From NCBI GenBank assembly GCA_951406725.2, contig OX597821.1:113894001-113958000 (forward strand): DNA of 64,000 nt, in the 5' to 3' direction. The position numbers and the translations under genes were made by a program. Shown here in pieces: positions 56,694 through 64,000 of the stretch (positions within the stretch are counted from its first letter, which is position 1; every line of letters begins with the position of its first letter). The notes under the pieces were generated by a model. That model was not told where the DNA came from, did not search any database, and saw nothing but the letters and a program-made list of their open reading frames with translations. The DNA comes from Octopus vulgaris. Lineage: Eukaryota.

Positions 56694-59600
56694 CCTTACC
56701 GAAATACATAGACTCACAGGGCCAGTTTTCAGGTTTCCGTGGCGTATGTATTCTCTACCTGAACGGGACACAAATCAGTCGCGGGGTTACTCATTATCGC
56801 CCTCTGAGTGGACTGACACAACGTCAAATAAAGTGTTTTGCTCAAGAGCACAACGCGTCGGCCGGTCCAGGAATCCAAAACTACAACCTCACCTATAGAC
56901 TTTGGTCTAACACACACGCCCGATTGAAAGTGGATAAACGAAACGATACAGTAGCCCTTTGGATAGATTGTTATAATTGTAACTCGAAAGGGATAACCTT
57001 TATCACGTACTTTGCTGTCAAGTTGATTTCTGCCTGAGAATTACGTTAAGGGTACACGTCTCTGTAAAATATCCAGCATCTTAAAATTTAATCCAGGGGC
57101 AGAAGATAATTCAGTTGATGATACCAGAGACTCCGCAAATTCGGACGACGGGTGTCTACAACCAATGTTTCAAAAACAGTCTTTACTTATTTATATTTCT
57201 CTTTAAAATGCTTCTGATATTATTTCCGATGCTGCTGTTGCTGTTGAGCGAACGGTCTTCGTCCCAGAGCTCGCAAGATAGGAGAAGTCCGAAACGTGGT
57301 CCTTTGCTATTCGTAAGACCCGCAGAAGAGAAAGCAGGTCAATCCCCGACGCCGAGAGCATCGACGGATGGATGAACGCGCATCCAGGCTCAGCGGTTGC
57401 GTAAGAAGTCGGGGACAAGAAGCAAGAAGAAAGAGTGAGAGAAAGTTGGAACGAAAGAGTACAACATGGGTCGCCACCACCCCCTGCCGGAGCCTTGTGG
57501 AGCTTTAGGTGTTTTCGTTCAATAAACACACACAACGCTCGGTTTGGGAATCGACACCGCGATCCTCCGACCGCGAGTTCGCTGCCCTAACCATTGGGAC
57601 ATTGGGCCTCCACTCTTCCGATGCTGCTGTAATGTATGTAAGTCTTAACACATACGTATGTGTCCCTTTCATAACTCAATATTTTCTAAAACTTATAATA
57701 GTAAGGATGATTCTAATTTTGGCACTCGACAGGTGGATTTTATCGATCCCGTGAGATTGAAAGACAAAATGCATTTCGGTGGAATTTGAATTCAGACCGC
57801 GAAAAACCGAAAGAAATACCGCAGAGCAATTTTTTTTCGACGCGTTTAACGATTCTATCAGCTTGTTGTCTTACACTTGCTCTCCGTCGATTACAACGAT
57901 GATTGTTCCAGTTGATCCGATCTGCAGAACAACATCCTATTCTTGGAAGTAATGTGCAAGTGATTGAGCACTCGACAGGCATGCGTACAATTAACGTAGC
58001 TCTCAGGAAGATTCAGCGTGACACAGAAAGGGATAAGGCTGGCCCTTTTGAATTGCAGCTGCAACTCATTTTTGCCAGTTAAGTGAACTGATGCAATGAC
58101 AAATAAAGTATCTTGCTCAAGGAGGCAAGGCGCAGCCGGGAATCGAAAACGTGATCTCATGATCGAGCTTCGAATTCCCTAAGCACTAAGCCACGCTGCC
58201 TTAGTATGTATAATACTCTTTTACTGGTTTCAGTCATTTGACTGCGACCATGCTAGAGCACCGCCTCTTTAGTCAAACAAATCGTCCTCATGACTTATTT
58301 ATTGTAAGCCAAGTACTTATTCTATCGGTTCTCTTTTGCCGAACTGCTAAGTTACGGGGACATAAACACACCAGCATCAGTTGTCAAGCGACGGCGGGAG
58401 GACAAACACAGACACGCAAACATATATATATATATATATATACGACGGGCTTTCAGCTTCCGTCTACGAAATCCACTCACAAATCTTTGATCGGCCTGAG
58501 GCTATGCTAGTAGACAATTGTCCAAGGTGCCACGCAGTGGGACTGAACCAGGAAACATGTGGTTCGTAAGCAAGCTTCTTACCACACACCTTCTTTCTAT
58601 TATTGGCACATGACTTGTGATATTATAGGAGGGGACTAGTCGATTACATCGACCCCAGTGCTCAACTGGTACATATTTTGTAAATCCCGAAAGGATAAAA
58701 AGTGAAGTCAACCTCGACGAAATTTGAACTCAGGACCCATGGAGCCGAAAGAAACGCCGCGCTGCATTTGTCCGACGTGTTAATGCTTCTACCAAACACG
58801 GCGCCTTAGAACTTATAACAACGGTATCAAATTTCGTCACAAGCTCAGCAATTTTAGGAGAAGGTTTTAGTCGATATTATCGATCCCCGTACTCAATTGG
58901 TACTTCATTTATCGACCCCGGAATGTTGGGCAGCAAAGTGGACCTCAGCGTCATTTAATTCCAGAACGTAAAGCCGGAACAAATGCATCTGAACATTTTG
59001 TTCGTCGCAGTAATGAATCTGCTTATTCGCCGCCTCAGAACTTCTAATAATAAGAATACGATTAGAAGTGCAATACTTCAGGAATTTGCCGAGTTAAATT
59101 CTTAACCTGAATAAAGGGAATAAATCTCGTTATCACGCATCTCTTGGGTGGTTATGTGGGCGAAATCAAGAAATTAACATGGGGATGAAAGAGTAGTAAT
59201 TTGCTATGGCAAGATTCGTGTTCAGAGGGAATAACAAACGTATGCAGCTTCAAATAAATGAACTGTTGAGAGTGGGAGTTTAATAATGATATAGAGCATT
59301 GGTGCTAAGGGGGAAATGATGCTAGTCACGTGAGATAGGGTTATATGGAGTTCCAGAGACTATAAACTATAAATAGTGAAGAGAAATATGGGAGAGTTTG
59401 GATTCAAGGTCAGTACGAAGAATAATTTCTAGGTGATGTTTCTGTATATTTTATCAAGAGATAGCTTAGGAGAAGTTTAAATCCTGCGCATGGGAGCAAT
59501 ATACTGGGATGTGATGTACCTGCGTATTTGTCGAAAATAAGAAACGACTCCGGAAGCAAAATGTGCGTTTGGTTTAGAGGAAATAGTTCATTCACGATCA

Positions 59601-59936
59601 TAGTTTTTGATGCATTAATATTTTATAAGAGAAATAATATACTGTATATATATATATATTGTGTGTGTGTGTGTGTGTGTGTATGTGTGGAGGCGCGTGG
59701 CTTGGTGGTTAGGGTGTTAGCATCAAGATCGTAAGATTGTGGTTTCGATTCCTGGATCTGGCGACGCATTGTGTTCTTGAGCAAAACACTTCATTTCACG
59801 TTGCTCCAGTCCACTCAGCTGGCAAAAATGAGTAAAGCTGCGATGGACTGGTGTCCCGTCCAGCTAGGGAACACATACGCCATTGAAACCGGGAAACCGG
59901 GCCCATGAGCCTGGCTAGGCTTTAAAAGGGCGCCTT

Positions 59937-59985
<49 letters not shown>

Positions 59986-62279
59986 TTAGTTTGACGCTCG
60001 GGAAAATGAGAAATTAAGGCATTTATTTAATTGATTACTCTTCTACTCTTTTATTTTAGTTTTCAGTAAATGGACAGTGGCCATTCTGGAGCACCACCTT
60101 GAAATGTTTTAGTCGAACATATCGATCCCGACATTTTTTAAATGTGTGGTACCTATTCTGTCAGAGTCTTTTGCCAACATAGTAAGTTACGGGGACGTAA
60201 CCAAACCAATATCTGCTATCGATCGTTGTGTGTGGTGGTGGTGGTGGTGAGGAAAGACATACACCACACTCGCACACGCACACACACACACACACACGCA
60301 CATACACATACACACATACACACACATATTTCTACAAGTAGTTAGCACTGTGAATTTCCCAGCAAGCAACGTTCATGCTCAGTTTATAATTTCCGTTTAA
60401 AACCAATCATTTAATTCAATTTTTTTAATGGTCGTGTCAAAGGTTTTGAGAAAGGTAGGCACCACCATATTCTCATTCAATGTACAAGAACAAAAGATCG
60501 TCAGAGACTCGGAAAACTGCCTTGTTATAAATCCCGCAGGAATCAGCCTTTTTATTTTCCTTGTTCAAGGTGAAGACCATAAAAATCGACTGACCCCTTC
60601 CACTCAAAACATTTAGCCTTCTTCTTAAATCAGAGGCAATTATTTTGCAACGAATCGAAAAGGAATCTATTCTCAAGTAAACTGACATCAAAGCATTTTT
60701 CATTGGGATTACTGATTCTTCCTTCTATAGGCAGAAGAACTAGTATTTTCGAGGAGGGGTTGGTCGATTGTATCGATCCGAGTGGTCAACTGGCGCTATT
60801 TTATGATCCCGAAAGAATGAAAGGCAAAGTCGACCTTGTCGTAATTTCAACTCGTAAGAAAGGAAGCGCCGAAAGAAATGTCACTCAGCATTTTGTTCGG
60901 CGCAGTAACGATTTGCCAGTTCACCGCCTGTCACGCGGGGTTAATAATATTTTCTATTAAAGGAACAAAGTATGAAATTTTGACAGGAAAAGGCGAGTCG
61001 ATTACGTCGACTCGCAGTGTTCAAATGGTATTTATTTCATCGATCCCGAAAGGATAAAAGGCAAAGTCGACTTCGGCGGAATTCGAACTCAGAACGTAGA
61101 GATAAACTAAGCATTTTGCTCAGCATGCTACCGGTTCTGCCAGTTTCCCACGAGGACTAATAATTTAAGTAAAATTAAATAGCTACAACTCGAAACAGAG
61201 TTTACTTTCCGATCTTGTCTCGCAATGAAAATTAATATTAGATTTACGTCGCTTGTCAAAAGGGAAAATATAAAATCAATATTAAATTCAAAGCCAGATA
61301 TTGGAAGTGTGAATATACATTCGATTGAATCGGTTCTATTATGCAAGGAGTTCTTGTAAATATTCTGCTGAATGGAAACCAAAGAAGATTCCAGATTTTC
61401 AGGGAATGAAATAAATAGAAGATAATTCGATGTGCATGCCTGACAAGTGATTTGATTTGAGTTCGTGTGTTGCAAATAAAGCAATGACAGCATTGAAGAC
61501 ACATATTACCATGCAAAACGCACAAAGAATTTTAACATTTATTATTTGGTGTTAAACTTTTCGTTCGCACGAACAGCGGCAAGGTTACTGAACTGGTCTT
61601 TGATTGGATGACGAATACGTGTCTCCTACGCTATAATTATTAGTTCTGCATTGCATTCATTCTTTCAATCAGTCTTGTTTTGTCATGTGATAATGTTGAT
61701 ATTTTATGGATGTCAGAGGGCAGAGAGCTGGCAGAATCAGTAGCATACTGAGTTCAAATTCCACCGAGGTCAACTTTACCTTTTTATCCTTTCGGGGTCG
61801 ATAAAATACTAGTCGAGCATTGAAGTCGATTACATCGACTTAATCCTTCCCCCGTAATTACTGGTCTTGTGTCAGAATGCAAAACCAATATTTTATGGAT
61901 ATCATAAGGGTGAATAAACCACAGCGTCATTTCTTTGATTTAAAGAAATCCGTTTTAATCTAAATCCAGGATTAGAAATTTGGATTATGTGAATCATTCT
62001 CTGGAGTAATTTTCCCAAATTGGTGTCTAACGGACTTGTTAGAAAAGTTATATGTAGACAAAATACAGACCATCCTGAAGAAGGTTCAATCCTGCCCACG
62101 GCCTTCACTAATAGGGTCTTACTAAAATTTAGGCACAGTTAAGAAACTTAATTTACCTCTTGGTTTTAGGTTCAGTCCCACAGCAGCACATTGAGCAAGT
62201 ATTTTCTACTATAGCCCCTAATAGACTGACTAATGCCTCGTAAGTAAATTTATTTGATGGAAACTGCGTGAAAGCTATC

Positions 62280-62333
<54 letters not shown>

Positions 62334-62429
62334 CTCCCTTTTCTGCTTAATTTATATTTTATATGTATTCTTTCCAGTTTCAGCACAGAGCTGCGGCCAT
62401 GCTGGGGCACCGTCGTTAAAGTGTGAGAC

Positions 62430-62545
62430 GCTTAGAGCACCTAGGCTTCCTAAGCGGTCACCCATCTAAGTACTCACTAGGCTCACCGTTGCTTAACTTC
62501 GGTGAACGGACGAGAACCGGTGCTTTCAACATGATATGGCCGTGT

Positions 62546-62547
<2 letters not shown>
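62430..62547 (-). rRNA. Full-length 5S rRNA-like sequence (variant or pseudogene; head of a probable SINE)
   Basis: Minus strand reads ACGGCCATATCATGTTGAAAGCACCGGTTCTCGTCCGTTCACCGAAGTTAAGCAACGGTGAGCCTAGTGAGTACTTAGATGGGTGACCGCTTAGGAAGCCTAGGTGCTCTAAGC, colinear with metazoan 5S. No T4+ terminator follows. Confidence 0.88.
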
Positions 62548-62580
<33 letters not shown>

Positions 62581-63162
62581 AATTTTATTTAATTTGCTTT
62601 GCGAGAAGGACAGTTTTAAAGAAGTCGCGTCTTGTCCTTACCTTCGAAACGTGGAGTAGATAAAACAGGGAACAACTGATGAAGGGAATATTCTTTATGT
62701 TGCCTGTCTCGTTTCTATTTTTTTTCTTTTCTTTGTTCGAAAAAATGTTCGTTTTCTGTTTTTGTTTTCTATGTTCCCGTTTCTCATTCTGTCTACGTTT
62801 CTTTTATATCCTGTACCCATATATGCATGTAAATATACATATATATGTAGATATGTACACGTATCTTTGTATATATGCATATATTTATATATTATTTATA
62901 TTATTTATATTATATTATATTATATATATATATATATATATATATGTTTGTTTTTGTGTTCAGTTATAATAAAACTATTTTACATGAATCTGTTGGGTTA
63001 CGCTTAACTTTTGTATGGCACAAATTTATTATTCATAAACGAATGTTGTTGAGATTGGAAGTTTCGGCCTGCTAACCTTCGCTGGAAGATGGCGCAGCTG
63101 GGCGAAACTTGAAAGTCATTGTTAATAACGTTCTTGTTTAAGATTAATAAATATACATACAC

Positions 63163-63193
<31 letters not shown>

Positions 63194-64000
63194 TGTATGT
63201 ATGTATGTATGTATGTATGTGTATGCATGTATGTATGTATGTATGTATGTATGTGTGTATGTGTGTGTGTATGTATGTATGTATGTGTGTGTGTATGTAT
63301 GTATGCATGTTTGTGTGTGTTTGTATTTGTATTTGGCCCTACCAGACCGCTTCACAAACGGTGTTGGTATGTTTACGCTCCCTAGTATGTGTTGGTATGT
63401 TTACGTAACCTGGCGGCAAAAGAAGCCAATTGAATTAGTACTGGTGTCGATTTGTTTGACTAAACGCTCAAAAGTGGTGCTCCAGCATGGCCACAATCCA
63501 AGTAAAAGACAAAACGAATGCATGATAAAGAATATTAGTGTTACAATTTACATTATTGAATATTTACAAATAGAAACTTCTTCTTCTTAACATCAATCAA
63601 ACGGCTAGGGTGGAGACTCATGAGAAAATCCACGTACATTTGACGTTGAATGTAAAATCAGTGTTTTCGTGTATGTATGGCTGGTGTAATGTTGCAACGA
63701 AAATGCATCAAACGTAAACAATTGGTTTTGTAAAGAGAAAAACAGCAGGAAATTAGAAAGTTGTCTTTAGCAATTAAATGCCTTACTGAATACTGCACAT
63801 TTAGTTGAGTAAGTATGCAAAGCACATTCTAAAATAGAAACGTTGAAGAATGAAGCCAAACGATCAGAAGTACGTGAGTGTCACCCACGAGTAGAAACAA
63901 CAGTGGTTGGGAGATGCAATAAACATAATTGACGCCTGTCGCTGACGCCGCCTCATCGTTTACTGCTGCAGTATGGGCAAGTGATTATCAGGATTTTGCT

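Overview
AT-rich eukaryotic DNA saturated with microsatellites and SINEs. The tRNA-derived SINE families and repeat landscape suggest an octopus (coleoid cephalopod) genome; this is inference. Almost all ORFs in the supplied track are microsatellite or SINE artefacts. The one convincing host gene is on the minus strand: four GT-AG exons (26071-26133, 20198-20330, 19232-19454, 2317-2490) splice in frame into a TSPN/laminin-G domain closely resembling the NC4 domain of vertebrate collagen IX alpha1 (FACIT type). The gene continues beyond position 1 and its first exon is not established. The introns and upstream DNA contain two Penelope-like elements with inverted pseudo-LTRs. These pLTRs carry a tRNA-like Pol III cassette plus a minimal hammerhead ribozyme, and several further hammerhead motifs are dispersed through the window. 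Also present are an L1/Tx1-type LINE end whose 3' tail matches a local SINE family, a five-unit SINE concatemer inside one target-site duplication, a 5S-rRNA-headed SINE-like element, mariner/hAT/RTE relics, and many long fold-back palindromes abutting (TA)n tracts. Repeat boundaries are approximate and all family assignments are by eye.
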